Assembly (NCBI GenBank): GCA_012295275.1
Contig: CM022672.1
Coordinates: 17,546,001-17,610,000 of the forward strand
Direction of reading: 5' to 3'
DNA from: Chrysomallon squamiferum
Taxonomy: Eukaryota; Animalia; Mollusca
DNA: 64,000 bases
This document shows positions 28,049-42,711 of the stretch, piece after piece; position 1 is the first letter of the stretch; each line of letters starts with the position of its first letter. Made by a program: the position numbers and the translations under genes. Below the pieces are notes generated by a model that had not been told where the DNA came from, did not search any database, and worked only from the letters and a program-made list of their open reading frames with translations.

Positions 28049-28200
28049 GGGGCAGTCTAATGTAATGGTTAGAAAGCTGATCTAATGCACAGTGAGTTAA
28101 ATATTCAATCACTTTAGTCACCTGTGTGAGCATTTCCAGTTTCGGCAAGTCCTCTTTGACTGGATTATCAAAGGCTGTGTTATTTGTTTTTCTTTCCATG
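28049..28200 (+). mobile_element. Degenerate tRNA-derived SINE fragment
   Basis: Starts with gggg and an A-box-like tgtaatggttag. gactggattatcaaaggctgtg resembles, from memory, the conserved central domain of molluscan Meta/MESC-type SINEs. Weaker similar stretches lie near 35730-35780 and 60660-60700. Confidence 0.4.
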
Positions 28201-28315
28201 TAACAGAAAACTGACAGATACATGCTTCACATATATATTAACTGATATCTAGCATAATAACAGAATATATATAAATTTAAGTATGTACATATGTATCTAT
28301 ATTAAAGGTGTATGG

Positions 28316-28386
<71 letters not shown>

Positions 28387-29239
28387 TGTGTACATATACG
28401 AATACATTATATTTTATTACATATTATACTTTTTAATGCACACTCAGATATATATATATGTAAATATTTGAGTGTGTTAAAAAATATAATGTATAATTTT
28501 TTTTAAATCACATATTTAAATTTCATTCTTTCAGTAGTCATATCCTTTGTCCCTTGTTATTTCTGTGTGTGGTTATTTCATTTAGGTGCTGTGTTTGATT
28601 TAAATACTAAATAGATTATAATAACATTTTGATATATTTATCTCACTATGACAACTAAAGTATTGTTGAGCATTCATTCATTCATTCATTCATTCATTTC
28701 TTTGTTCATATACTCATTTATTTTTCATTAACTCATTCATATTTTTTCAACCACAAAATATTTTTTTTTTTTTAAATTTACTATTCACTCACAATACCAC
28801 ACCACTTAATAATTACGAAAAAAAAAATGTAATTATATGAGACCGAATTGCTTTTACTGTGTAAACTATTGTTATGACAGTGCTTCCAACTTTGGTAATT
28901 AAAAAAGAAATGCTATATAACCGTACTTGTATGAACTATAATTTGTATTTAACATGTTAAAACCTCTTCAGTCACAACCGATATCACCAATGCAGGGTGA
29001 CTGTGACTTTCTCCAATGTTCAAGTACTTCGTTTGTTTGGTTTAATCAGTGCTTGATATCTATGAGCATATACATATTTGCTTTAAGATAAAAGATTTAC
29101 TGGTTCAAGCAAAAAAAAAAAATTTGCATTTTAACTTACGTTTGATTTATAATCTAGTGTGTGTGGACAGATTTAGAGTGTACGGTTAAAATCAAAGGTG
29201 AAACTGATCAAAATGGTTGTTAATAATTTAAATGTTTTT

Positions 29240-29323
29240 CTTATTTCTATCATTATTATTATTGTTATTATCATAATTATTATTTTTATTATTGTTATTA
29301 TCATTATTATTATTTTTTTTTTA

Positions 29324-29354
<31 letters not shown>

Positions 29355-29603
29355 TATTTTTATTTTTATTATTATTATTATCATTATTATTATTATTTTG
29401 TATTATTATTATTATTATTATTATTATTACTAATTTGAAAATGGATGCTGTTACTAATTATACTGGGGTTCTTGTTTGTTTTTTTGTTTTTTTTTATGGG
29501 TGAGGATTCTCAATAATTATTTTATTATATTTTATTAGTATCACTTCATTACTAATATTATTTTATTATGATTATTGTTATAATTATTATTTGTTTTATT
29601 ATT

Positions 29604-29660
<57 letters not shown>

Positions 29661-29670
29661 ATTGTTATTA
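29240..29670. repeat. (TAT)n/(TTG)n degenerate trinucleotide tract
   Basis: Directly visible. Confidence 0.92.
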
Positions 29671-30480
29671 TGTAACATTACATACATGGTCCTGAAAGCC
29701 TCTGAAATTTCATATTAAAAGGTCATACACCAAAGTTTTATTGCATCATATCTAACTACTTCACTTTTCCTGGCTCTACCAACAAGCTCCTAAATACAAT
29801 AATTTATAATAATTCTGACCATAACAGCTGAGACTTCTTACTGAATTACACTTAACTAAGTGCAAGCTTTGCAAAAGACTCTGAATCAGATTTCTAATTT
29901 ATTAGTGCTATATAACATCCTGAGTATTTCTTAAACTATTGTTAATTTCATCCAGTGCTACCTGTTGAATTTTATAACTTCCTTTGTGTACTAGAAACTA
30001 CCCAGTTCAAATTACTGTGGATCTGAAATTTATATCAGTAGTTTAGTTCATTAGTTAACAATGCCACACATGTTGTAGGGTGCACACCAGCTATTCTTGA
30101 GAAATGGTTGCCATAGGCGACACCATAGGCGACCATACCTGCTGGTCCAGACCTTCTTTCGTGATATAACAATTACTGTTACAGCTAGGTACTGATGCTA
30201 CTACTTCTGCCACTGTTCTTCCTGCTACTACTACTGCAGGTGCTACTGCTACCACATTGACAACTCATCTGCTGCTGTTAATAACTAGTACTAAGTCTAG
30301 CACTAATACTATTAATACTACAAATATTGCCATAACTATAACTGCTGCAGTCTTTACTTATGGCACCACAGTTTCTTTCATTCCTTATAATACAACAACA
30401 ACTAGTACAACTACTGTTACTACCACTAGAACTAGTAAAATAATAATAATAATAATAGTAATAGTAATAATACTGCTGTA

Positions 30481-30670
30481 ACTACTGCAGTTACTACTAG
30501 TAATATTACTATAACAACTACTACTAATTCTGATACTGTTTATGTTACTTCTACCACAGCACTGTCTGTTACTACTGTTGTTACTACTAGTAATATTACT
30601 ACAACAACTACTACTAATTCTGGTACTGTTTATGCTACTTCTACCACAGCACTGTCTGTTACTACTGTTG
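30481..30670 (+). repeat. 90-bp tandem duplication in (ACT)n-like sequence
   Basis: 30481-30570 and 30571-30660 are near-identical, each ending cttctaccacagcactgtctgtt. Confidence 0.9.
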
Positions 30671-30688
30671 TGGCTGTTATTTTGTAAA

Positions 30689-30964
30689 TCTGAACTGTTA
30701 GCTTATAATGAAAAAGTAATACACATACGAATGAGCCTACACACACACATACACACACATAGACACATACACACATACACGCACACATGTGTATATATAT
30801 ACATGCACACTAATAATATTAATACTGATTATATAATACATAGATATCATAGATTGAAAATAGCCTGATTGAAGCTACACAGTCATATATAAAATTGAGA
30901 CAATCAAATTCACCTGTATCTTACTTACCTATAGCCCTTTATAAAGCATCATTAGCTGTTTTAA

Positions 30965-31008
<44 letters not shown>

Positions 31009-31132
31009 TGTATATAAATACAATTTATATAAATATTTAAATATTTAATTCTGAACTGTTAGCAAATAATGAAAAAATAATACACAAATGAATGTGCCTA
31101 CACACACAGACACACAAACACATACAGACACA

Positions 31133-31163
<31 letters not shown>

Positions 31164-31322
31164 TATCTATGCATGTATATATAATGTACACATAATACAT
31201 AGATATATATTGAAAATAGCATGATCGAAACTACACAGTCATGTATAAAATCCAAACAATCAAATTCACATATGTATCTTGCTTACTTACAGCCCTTTAT
31301 AAAGTATCATTAGCTCTTTTAA

Positions 31323-31387
<65 letters not shown>

Positions 31388-31477
31388 TCACACACACATA
31401 CTCACACACACACACACACACACATTCACTCACTCAAGCAGACAAATGTCTATAAATATTTAAATATTCCTGAACTT
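30689..31477 (+). repeat. ~360-bp diverged tandem duplication with embedded (CA)n
   Basis: tctgaactgttagc...tgaaaatagc...caatcaaattcac...tcattagct..ttaagacacaca starts at ~30689 and ~31050; a partial third start lies near 31460. Confidence 0.88.
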
Positions 31478-31624
31478 ATATATTTAGAATGGGTCATAAT
31501 GTTACTGGCATATGCTATCATATTTTAATATAAAAAATCTCTTAAAATTATTCTAAATAACAACAACAACAACAATAATAATAATAATGAATATGATGAT
31601 GATAAAATAAGTAAATAAATAAAC

Positions 31625-31664
<40 letters not shown>

Positions 31665-31995
31665 ATACCAGTAGAAAAGTGACATTTTTCTACAACTTCC
31701 TATGCTATTATTCACCACTTTCATCTTTCTGTACGGAGAAGGTTACCAGGTGCACAAGATCCCCACCGGGCTGAATATTTCATTGTTTATAACAAAGATC
31801 AGTGGACCACTTTCATTGTGCTTGCTTGCGTGGTGTTGTCGTTCAGGTGGAATGGATCTGGAGATACATGTGTGAAATCACTGGAAAGTGTAGATGTTTT
31901 GTTTTGTGTTACAAAGTCTGGCTGTTAAATAACTCAGTGTTTTGACAGTCTGTGTCCTCAACACACATGTTTTCTGACTTCTTGTGTGTGTGTCT

Positions 31996-32263
31996 GTGTG
32001 TACTACGAAATTTGTCAGTTCTGTTTACTAATTTTGTTTGTATAAGACATTGCTTTCACTAGGATTTTTACTGTGTGTTTGTAGAGGATTATGCTCTATT
32101 TGACAATCTTTGTTTATCCTGAATATATATATGTTATATATGTTTTCAGTCTTTTTGTGTACTACGAAATTTGTCAGTTCTGTTTTCTGTTTCTTTTGTA
32201 TAAGATACTGCTTTCACTAGGATTTTTACTGTGCGTTTGTAAAGGATTATGCTGTATTATAAC
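31996..32263 (+). repeat. ~108-bp direct repeat (period ~159)
   Basis: tgtgtactacgaaatttgtcagttctg...tgctttcactaggatttttactgtg...aggattatgct occurs twice. Confidence 0.9.
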
Positions 32264-34024
32264 AGATTTTTAAAGTATGAACAAGTTCCCTGGCGGTATA
32301 GGAATATTGTATTATTTATATTTTCTTGTTGTTCTCCTAATATGATGGGATCTGTATGGAGAAAATGAAATTAAATCAGTATTTGTATGTTTAATGTGTA
32401 CAATCAGTGATAGGTAGAGACCAAAACTGTTATCAGTGTTTTATTGTTCTTTGTTGGTTATATGATAACAGGCTGGTTGGATATTGGTCTTACATTATAA
32501 CAGACTGGTTAGATATCAGTGTTATATAATCCCCTAGCCTGTTCAATATATTTCAGTATGCAAGTAATATCTTTATCAGCAGTCAAAAAAAAAAATAAGT
32601 TTACAACAATAACGTTTTTCATTTTAAATTTTTGAAAAAAAACAACAACATCTGTTTTAGATTTTATGTACCTACATGTACATCAGAATCTAGTGCATTA
32701 TTTTTTATTTTTTTTGTAATTAAAGAAAACTTTAGTTCTTGTAATGAAAAGGAGATTCGGATAATCGAATCTGAGTGTGGCAGTTTATTACACTGTCGAG
32801 AAGTTTTACTGCACAGTGTTAATAAACTGGTCAATCTTCTTGTCAGTCTCTCTACAGTTTGATGGATCGAGTTATTGCTGGCTTATCAGAACTGCAGCTT
32901 AAATGAAATTACAGCAGCAAATTATATCAGCTAATTAAGCTTTTGTGTAACACTTTGGATATAATCATTAAATGTGCAAATTGTTATTATTTTTTTTTTT
33001 TTATTGTCGTTGGTCACTTCATACATATTGCCAAAGAAATCCATCTGTTAGACCTGCCTCCCTGCTGGCCATTGTATCGTGGACTTTTTCTCAGTCAGTG
33101 GATTGATTTGACTGTGGACCATATTGTGCCCTAAAGACATACGCCTTTCTTGTGTAAGTTTTTCAGAACAGTTGTTTCAGAATGTTTTGTGCGAAACTGA
33201 AGCATTGTGAAATTATAATACTGTTATGTTTCAATTAGAACTGATAAGCAGCTAATCATTTTCAAAAGTGTTGAAAAGTGAATTTGAAAGGATAATTTTC
33301 AGTTTGAAATGCAAGTCTTTATAATATCATTTTATGTTATCCTGACAGTTGTGGAAAAACCAAGATTTTGCAAAATTATGTGTTTAGTGAATATTTGATT
33401 TCTGTTTCATCTGCAGATGGGTGCAACTAAAACTCTTACTGATTCTGTTGAAATATCAGTTTGGAAAGTTATGCTTTTATGTTTTTTAAATTGCACATAT
33501 AATTCAAATGTTAAGTCAGACCAAAAATTATTTTTTTTGCAAATATTGTGAAGACGTCATACTGGAATATTCTATAGGGACTTGCGTAGTTTCACTTTAT
33601 ATGAAGAGGGTTGCAGAAGATGTACACTGAATTTTTTAAAATGATGGAACTGAGGATGAACATCACTTACTGAATGACAAAATGTGAATGATTAAAATTA
33701 TCATAACCATCAAAATAGCATTGTAAATATGCATTGTATTAAGATATATGTAATGTATTAAGATATATAAGCATTGTGTTAAGATATATGCATTGTATTG
33801 AAATTTATGCATTGTATGAAGACATATAAATATATATGTATATAGTGTGTGACGACTGATTTATAAATATACAGGTATTTTAAACTCTTTATCAACCTGT
33901 GTTAAACTATGCAGTTAACGACATTGGAAATGCAGTGTTTGGTTTAATTCAGTGACTGAATTCTTTAATGTGGATTAATTATGTTAATTTGAACTGACAG
34001 CTGTCGATATGGACTGCATAAATC

Positions 34025-34042
34025 ATGGCACATCCTGACAAG
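34025..34042 (+). CDS. Candidate alternative first coding exon (MAHPDK) in intron 6
   Basis: atcATGG has A at -3 and G at +4. Six codons lead to a consensus AAG|GTGAGT donor, phase 0, matching exon 7. It follows ~2 kb of microsatellite-poor UTR-like sequence. Confidence 0.5.
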
Positions 34043-36384
34043 GTGAGTTATCTTAATTATCTGATTCTGATAAATTTTCTTTCAGTAATTGTCACATACG
34101 ACATTCAGTGCTGTTTGGTTACACAGCTTTTGTGAAATTTAAAACTGAGTTTTGTTTGTGTTTCTCCAAAGACTGATAAGTTAAAAAAAATATATATTTA
34201 TTTGTGCTTATTGTAAATTAATTTAAGTATGTGGGTGAAATTTCTGTAACATATCAAAACGTAGGTACTGATATTTTAATTATTTATCTAAAATTTATGT
34301 AAACTTCTTCTTTTTATGATCATAATGTTTATTGACCTATGTTTCAACGGTTCAACCCATGGGTGGATAGAAGCTACTGGTGTTGAATCATTTTTTTTTT
34401 TTTCTTTTTTTTTTTTTTTCGGTTAATAGGAAGATATATACTAGGTAATATTTTTTTTTTTTTGTTTTATGCTGATTGGTAAATCCTATAATAAACAGAA
34501 TTTCCTAACAAATTCTAAAATTCTGTCTAAGACAGGCATTCTTGAATATATGTATGTATAAAATTTGTCATTACATTTTCATCCATTTTACTAAGTTTAT
34601 TAGCAAAAGATTGTTTATGCAGGAATAACAACATTTTTTTTATAAAAGTTCTTATCATTAGAAAAGTAATCAGTGATTAAATAAATCCTATATATATATA
34701 AACCACTTTGTAATTACAGATACTTTGATTGTCATATCCTTTTGTTTCCAACAGCATTTTATTGGAATGTGACAGATTTTACTTAATTTGTCTTTATTAA
34801 ATTCTGAATGTATTATTTCTTAATTTCCACCTTTTTGAATACCACTCCCAAGCAATCCAGCCCTGGTACAAATACAGAAACAACTCAACATATGTCTCTC
34901 ATTGTAACACAAAACCTTTGACTTTTTATAAGCCAGGCAGTTTATACTGTTTAAATAAATTACTGAGTGTTAAAGGAAAAATAATTCTGCCATTAATGTC
35001 AGCAGGTGTATTCAACAAATATCTTGATGATGATATTCAGTTTTAAATCTTTTAAATGGATGTAAGCATGTTTAAATATATACTTGCATGTATAACAAAT
35101 TCTGTATAAATACACTGAAAATGATGATTGGCAGGCACAGGAATAAATATATATCTAGTTACAGATTTTGTAAAAGTACCTTATTTGATTTGGTTAATGA
35201 GGATTATAGTTAAACAAGGAGGTAAAAAAAAAAAAAAGTGATTAGTATATAGTCTGCCCTGATATATCAACATTATACACTAACTATAAAAATAATGAGC
35301 AGTAGAAACGTTACAGTTTTCAAAAGAGCTGAAAGCTTCTTTTTTTTGACACATTTAATAATTAACTAATTATAATTAATAAGATATTATGCTCTTTTTC
35401 CAAGGATTAGTTAAGAGTGATAGAATATTTTCAGTCATGAATCTAACATGAGATAAACAGGAGTCAGTGACCAGACTCCATTCTGACCAATTTATTTCGA
35501 CATAAAGATGTCTCTTGTCTTGTTTAGCTGGTTGATTCATTTTCGTTGTAAACATTCTGAGCTTAATCTCCTTGTGGGGACAAAGTTGTTAGCAGAAGAG
35601 TATGAACCTAGCCACAGCACTAGTGTCTGACACACAGTGGCAAAGTTAAACAGTCACAACAGTTGCAAGTCTAAGACTGTCTATACTCAATTATCTGTAT
35701 AACCTGTCAGCTAATAAATCACTTAATTTCTTTCCTATTCCATCCTGTGACCCACTAGCCGGTTATGCCAAAGGCCACAGACTTTTCTTTTATAATAGAA
35801 TATTTATTTAAAATGTCTAGCTGCTTATAAATCAGTTGATTTCTCTTATTTCAGTGACCTACAGATGGAACACAAAATAATAAATACATAAAAGTGTATT
35901 CCTGCTATTTTTAAAAAATATATATAGTTTATGAAGCAATAGGCAGATTCTTTTTTTAGATTATTAATATAAAATATATTTTTGACAGTCATGCACAGGA
36001 TCACCTTCTTACTACTATAAAATGCACTGAGATTTTTAAAAAACAATTGCTCTATCATCTTGTTTTATTTTTATTTTTTTCCGTGAGTATACCAGACCAG
36101 TGCCATTTCTTCCTCTGAATCCTACTGCACATGTTTTGATAACTTCCTTGCTCATGCCAACAGCATTCTACCTTAAATAATGTTACTTCCATTTGACATT
36201 TGCTCTGATGACTCATTTGGTGGGTTTTTGTATAATTATTTCATGCGAACAGTATGCAGAATATATCCCATAAATCTGGAATCATAGGGGAAAAAAAAAA
36301 AACCTGAACTGAATAATTGTTTTTATTCCCTCATACAAATTCAGTGAGATACTCAGTCTGTAAACATGTGTAAGTGAAATACTC

Positions 36385-36429
36385 TGTGTGTGTATGTGTG
36401 TGTGTGTGCGTGTGCATGTGTGTGTGTAT

Positions 36430-36467
<38 letters not shown>

Positions 36468-36492
36468 ATGTGTGTGTGTGCGTGTTTGTGTG

Positions 36493-36546
<54 letters not shown>
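36385..36546. repeat. (TG)n microsatellite
   Basis: Directly visible. Confidence 0.97.
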
Positions 36547-36547
<1 letters not shown>

Positions 36548-37080
36548 ATATGGATGGATGTACATAAAAGTATAAATATAGATGCAAATCTTCATGTATG
36601 TATCATTAAATGTCTGTGTTTTAAAGAACACATTCACGTTTAACACCTACTAATTAACAGTTGTAATTTCTGTCTGAGACTGAAGCTGCTTTTGTGTGTT
36701 TGGATCTGATATTACAATCTTTTAATCCTGCTGGAATTCTGCTACAGATCAGTTGGGAACTACAACATAAAAATAAAAATGGTGGCCACTCATACGAGCA
36801 TAATTAAGGCATTCTTCAAGTGTTTGCAACATCTATAACAACAGTGGACTTACTCTCTTCAGCATCAACATTTGCTTTTCATAAACTTATTTTTCCTAAA
36901 AACAAATAACACACACTTCTGTTTATGGAAAACAGCATTTAAAAAAAAAAAAATAGAAATCCAGTTCTTTTTGGTTTTTTATTATTCTTTTAATTCACAA
37001 CTTAAACATTTTTTATCGAGCAGATAATTTTCTCTGTCTGGATTTATCATTAGCATCCACTAAACAAACTTTCTGATGGC

Positions 37081-37114
<34 letters not shown>

Positions 37115-37489
37115 AATGTTTTTTTTTTTTCTCTCTCATTTGTTCATTGGTATCCTGCACTGAGATAAGATACAGCAGCTGAAAGTGCCAGCATATGGAA
37201 TCACACAGGAGAACTTTATTTTGTGATAATATTCAGGGATTACAAACCTGGTCTAAATGGTCTAAGGATTATCAGCTTCAAAGGCTAACATTTCCTCAGA
37301 CATTTGTTCTTTTCCTGGAGTGTTGCATTCACTGTGACTTGGATAACAAATTTGGGAAACATGGATCGCTAATGATATAAGTGTTGCTGAATGTGTTTCG
37401 ATTCTCTTGGAAGTAATAATATTGTTCGGAATCTGTTATTCAAAATAATAACTTATGCATATTCTCAGCCATCTTTGTTTTAGAATTTT

Positions 37490-37690
<201 letters not shown>

Positions 37691-38240
37691 ATATTTCATG
37701 GGGTAAAGAGACATGGAACTGTCTCTGAAAATACATGCTTACCATGTTATTCATTTAAGGAGTTTTCAAACATTTGAAACAAAACCCAAACTGTGTGATG
37801 CCAGCACATTTGGTGATTATAGACCATCACATTCTGAAACAAAGCCATTTGAAACCTCTGTAGTGAAACACAAATTAGTATCAGTAAGTATGAGTATACA
37901 CAGATTTGTTTTTCAAATTATACATCTTTTTTAGCATACATTGTTATGAGCATTACAGATATCTTAAGTTTACTTTAACATTAGTGCCAGTAATTGTTTT
38001 TATAACTGTTCTTTATAGAGATCCTATTTCATGAGTAATTATGGTTTAAAGCTCATCAAAACTAATAAGGAACTGACAATTTAATAATTTTATCATAAAA
38101 AAAAAAAAGAAGTAAATTTTGTGCCTATGTATGTATGTATGAATGTAAATTATATGTATGATTGTACGTATATGTATATATTTATATATGTATATATGTC
38201 TATGTATACATATATTTCTGTATGTTTGTATATATGACTC

Positions 38241-38274
<34 letters not shown>

Positions 38275-40849
38275 CTGTATATATGACTCTTTGTGTGTCT
38301 GTATATATGTATCCATTTATTGTAAATATATATATGTATATGTTTCTGTTGACATCTACATGGACATAAATCTTGTTATTATTATTGTTATGGCCTTGGC
38401 CATTTTAATGTGGCTCTAATGTGAACCTTGTTCAGCTCTATTACAGTGTTGACCATAACTGTATGTTAGTGTTCAGCAACTTCTTTCTTATATATTTCTA
38501 TACATTCTAGAACCCACTGAATTGTGTATGTACCGGTAAGCATTAAATGTGATACTACACAAAATGTTTTCTTTCATATTATTTCTTAATTATCTTCAAG
38601 TTCAAATGTGATATCTACAGCCATACTGCTGCATTGATTGTTATCCAGTAAAACACATGCCCAGTTTTATTTTTTTTATTTTTTTATTTTTTCTTCAGAA
38701 CCAATAAAATTCTAGCCATTTTTGAGATTCCTGTCTGGTCTCTGTCCACTCTACTTTCAGACAGGAATTCCAAGATTTGCATTCCTCTATACTTTTTTTT
38801 TTTTTTTTTTTCTTTTACATGTTCATGTTTGCATTCTGTAGACATCTGTTCTCTTTCACCAATAAATGAGTAAATAAATAAGTAGCAAGTGAGGGAATGT
38901 TAAAAAAATAAATAAATAAATAAATAAAGACTGAAAGACTGATTGAATGAGAGAATGAATCAAAGAATGAACGAATGAATGGATGGATGGATGAAAGAGT
39001 GTATCGATAAATGAACTATTACTGGATGAGTAATGAATGATTGATAAATGATAAATAACTGAATAAATGTTTGATGACACTTGAACACGTTTTAAGGTAA
39101 CGGTTATTAAACAACAGTGATATTCTGCCATTTTCTCTGTATCATTTTGTTTTTAATGTTACGATCGCTGAATGGTCTTTTACAGGTCAGTGAGTTTATT
39201 ACTGGCAATCAAAACATAATGGAATTTTTATTTTGAATATTATTTTGAAAAAAGCATAACATTTAATTTAATGTACAAAGGTGGGGATATTTATTTGTTT
39301 GTTTGTGTGAAGTGTTATTGGTTTTTTTTTTTTTTTTTTTTGGTTATAATTATTAGATGGCTTTTTTTCAAGTATTTTTTTATCATTTGTACGGCTGTCT
39401 GTATTATCTAACTGATGTTGTGAATAGAAAAGAATATATGTCTGTATGTTTGTATGTGTGTGTGTGTGTTTATGTCTGTCTTTATTTATATTTTTAATAT
39501 ATTCATATATACACTCTTATGATAACTTCCTAAAAATAGTTTCCTAAAAAAAAAAATAAAAAAAAAAAAACACATTTTAGGAATTCTTTATATGGTATCT
39601 GTAAATTGTCTCCCCTGACAACATCTCTATTTTTAGTGCTTGTTTTCGAACTATGAAGAAGATGCCCCCAGATCTCCTGTTATCAATAAAAATCAATCTA
39701 TCATTAGCTTTCAGTGAGTAATTAGTCACATGAATGGATTGGAGCTGTGCATGAATGAAAACCGAAGTTATCATCTTGAGAACACTGCCTTGCCTCCCTC
39801 CCATCAGTGCTTTAGACCCATTGTCAGCCTTCAACAGCTTGTTTTAATAATTGTTATTATTACTTCGGGGAGAAAGAAAAACCAGAAAGAAAATTCAGAG
39901 CTGAAGACTGTAATATTATAACATGGCCATCTGGTTTTTGTTAAAACTGCTAATGCAGGATGAATCTGTTGTATTGTTTCTAAATGTTACAGATTCTGAG
40001 TTTGGTTGGACTTGAAATGAAATATTAGTCCTGATTTTTGACAACCTGCTGCATGTTTTAATAAAGAAGTTTTTGTGGAGGATTGAAAGACCTGTGAGAT
40101 AAGTTAGAGTTCAGATAGCTGGAAAACTGAATGGGACGAATTGATTGATTGATTAATGAATGATGAGTGGGTGGATGGGTAAATGTAAGAATAGTTTATG
40201 GGTCAGATGGTGGGTAGGGAGGGAGTTAGAAAACAGATGGGTGAATGGGTAGATGAGTATTATTAACTGGATGGATGTATGTTTTCACAGTGACATATTT
40301 GAACTTTCAGATAAATATGGAAATATTTGGTAAAAATACAGAATACCATATACAAATAATAATTTTTTTTTTTTTTTTTTTATAGAAATATTTACTGTTT
40401 CCTTGGAATACAATGTATCAAAAATACAAATTCTTAAAATCCATTAGCTAAGGTGAAAAATTAATATATATTATTGATGTTATTGGAAATACAACATGCT
40501 GACATTTGTTTAATCTGTGTAATTTGTAACACACCTTACTAACATATATATATGTACTTGACATACTTTTCATATCCACAGAAAAAAATGTAGTCTATAA
40601 TAGTTAATTAAATTAATCACATCTTTTTTTTAATTTTTTTTTTTAAATGAAAAACAGTTTGATAATTTCTTTAATAATCTTTAAAACAAGATGTTATTTC
40701 TCAGTTTCAGTAACAAAATCACTCATCTCAGACTTGATGGATCACACAGCCAATACTCATTAACATACCCTCAGGACTGTTTTCCATTTTATACTACAAG
40801 TCATTTTTAATATTATATTTTTTAATTTCATTCTTTCTTTTTTTTTCAG

Positions 40850-41248
40850 CTGCAACAACTGGTGGTCAGTGGAGCTCTTCCAGCATCAAAAGAAGAAGCT
40901 GCAACTTTAGCTGGAATCCAACTTCACATAGAAGAAGCTTGGCCAGAAGAGGAAGAGTTTGCAGATGTCAAACCCAGTCCCACAGATCTGCACATAGACC
41001 AGGACTCTGAGCACGCTCCTCTGGTCAAGAGTGCCGTGGCTTTGCAGCAGGAGAACCTGAAGAAGAAGAAAGAGCTGATCCGACTAAACCGAGCTCAACG
41101 AATCACCAGCACGCGGCACAAGAAGACCTTGATTCGCAGTCTCTTCTGCGGCACTGACAATGATTTCGAAACCTCGGAATGCTGTGATTTGTCTGCCTAT
41201 CTTCCACCCATGTACACAGCTTCGAAACAAGTCAGGGAACTTATTAAG
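40850..41248 (+). CDS. PLCE1: PLCE1-like exon 7 (FERM central/F2 lobe with insertion)
   Basis: Acceptor (t)n cag|ctg, donor aag|gtttgt. LVVSGALPASKEEAATLAGIQLHIE and DLSAYLPP fit the FERM_M pattern (G.LP.S.EEA..LA..QL..E ... YLP). Confidence 0.9.
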
Positions 41249-41620
41249 GTTTGTACTGTATTATCATCATCATCATTTATTATTATTATTATTTACAAAC
41301 ATAAGCAAAACATATATACATATACCTATACCTATATACATATGTACTGGGAAAGTCAGAATTTGTTTCTTTTGTCTTTTTGTTTTTATTTGCCTGTCTA
41401 GAGCTATCTTAAGCTATTTTCACTTGCCAATACTTAAAGTGATTGCTTTAGCAGGCAGAATAATTTAGTTGTACCAGAACCTACCAGAAAATATAAGATA
41501 AACAAATTAAAATTAAAACAGTTTTAGAAAGATCTTTTTTGTTGTTGTTGTTTATTACTAACATTTTTATATCTTTTCAAATAACAAAATTAGTAACTTT
41601 TCCATTTATTTTTCTCACAG

Positions 41621-41770
41621 GAAAAAAAGAAAAAATTGTGGCACACACCTTATTATGAAAATGAAGTTAAATTAAAACAACTTTATATCAAAATATGTAA
41701 GAACTTGCCGACATATGGATGCAAACTGTTCTGTGTTAAAGAAATCCTGAGAGGGAACACACAGAAAAAG
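41621..41770 (+). CDS. PLCE1: PLCE1-like exon 8 (FERM F2/F3 boundary)
   Basis: Acceptor ttctcacag|gaa, donor aag|gtaagt. Encodes EKKKKLWHTPYYENEVKLKQLYIKICKNLPTYGCKLFCVKEILRGNTQKK, carrying the FERM hallmark Y......LPTYG..LF.VK. Absent from the ORF track. Confidence 0.92.
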
Positions 41771-42711
41771 GTAAGTTTTGGGATCAATGTACTATTTTTA
41801 TAAATGTTAAAATGATATATTCAGGATCTGTTAGTTACACATGTAAAATTGTGAAGGAATAAATTAAGTAGTAAATTTAGTAAAACAATTATACAGTTAT
41901 GCTTGATGTTTGGTCAAATCATTTCTACAGCCAAGATTATGGAATGATATTTAATGTTGTTTTCCATTAAAATTTACTAAGATGTTTAAATTCACATATG
42001 AATCTCAAATTGCACATCATGCATGACTTCAGAATAAAAGTAACATGTGAATTATTGGAATGAGAAAGTATGAATTTGAGTTATAGTAAAATATGTTTGT
42101 ATTTAAAACAAAATTTCTGCTTAAGATAGATCAAAATAATGATTGGAATGGTTAATATGTTAAGTGGAAAGAGAACATTTAAAAACCAATTTATTTTATC
42201 ACTAACTTCTCATTCATCAATTTGCACACAGAGGAAATGAAAAATCTACCTGATTTTTCTAAATATTCACAACAGTAACCTCCAGTATATACTCTTTATT
42301 ACCTGTTTAAGGGCTGCTAACTTGCATATTAATTTATTTTCTCTAACAAATACCTGAATAAGAACAGAATGATGAACAATGTAATTTAACCCTTTGAGCA
42401 CTGAACTCGTATTTCTGTCTGTTCCTCGTAATGAGCCACTGAGCAGACATCTTGTACAGAACATTAGGAAGATGAATTCAAGCAGGCTCGATGATTAGCC
42501 TCAGACTGCTGCTTTTAAACATCCATAATGCAGCTTGACTTCGTTTCCTGGTTTACCTGTAGCCAACAACAGGTTCAAAAGTTTAATTACAGTGATTAAA
42601 TGTTATCTGTAAGGATGTAATTGTCAACACTTTTTTTTCTAATGTATCAGGATTCTGCAATCATTAGTTTTATGTAAACCATGGCTTTCTTATTTTCTCT
42701 GTTTCGAGCAG

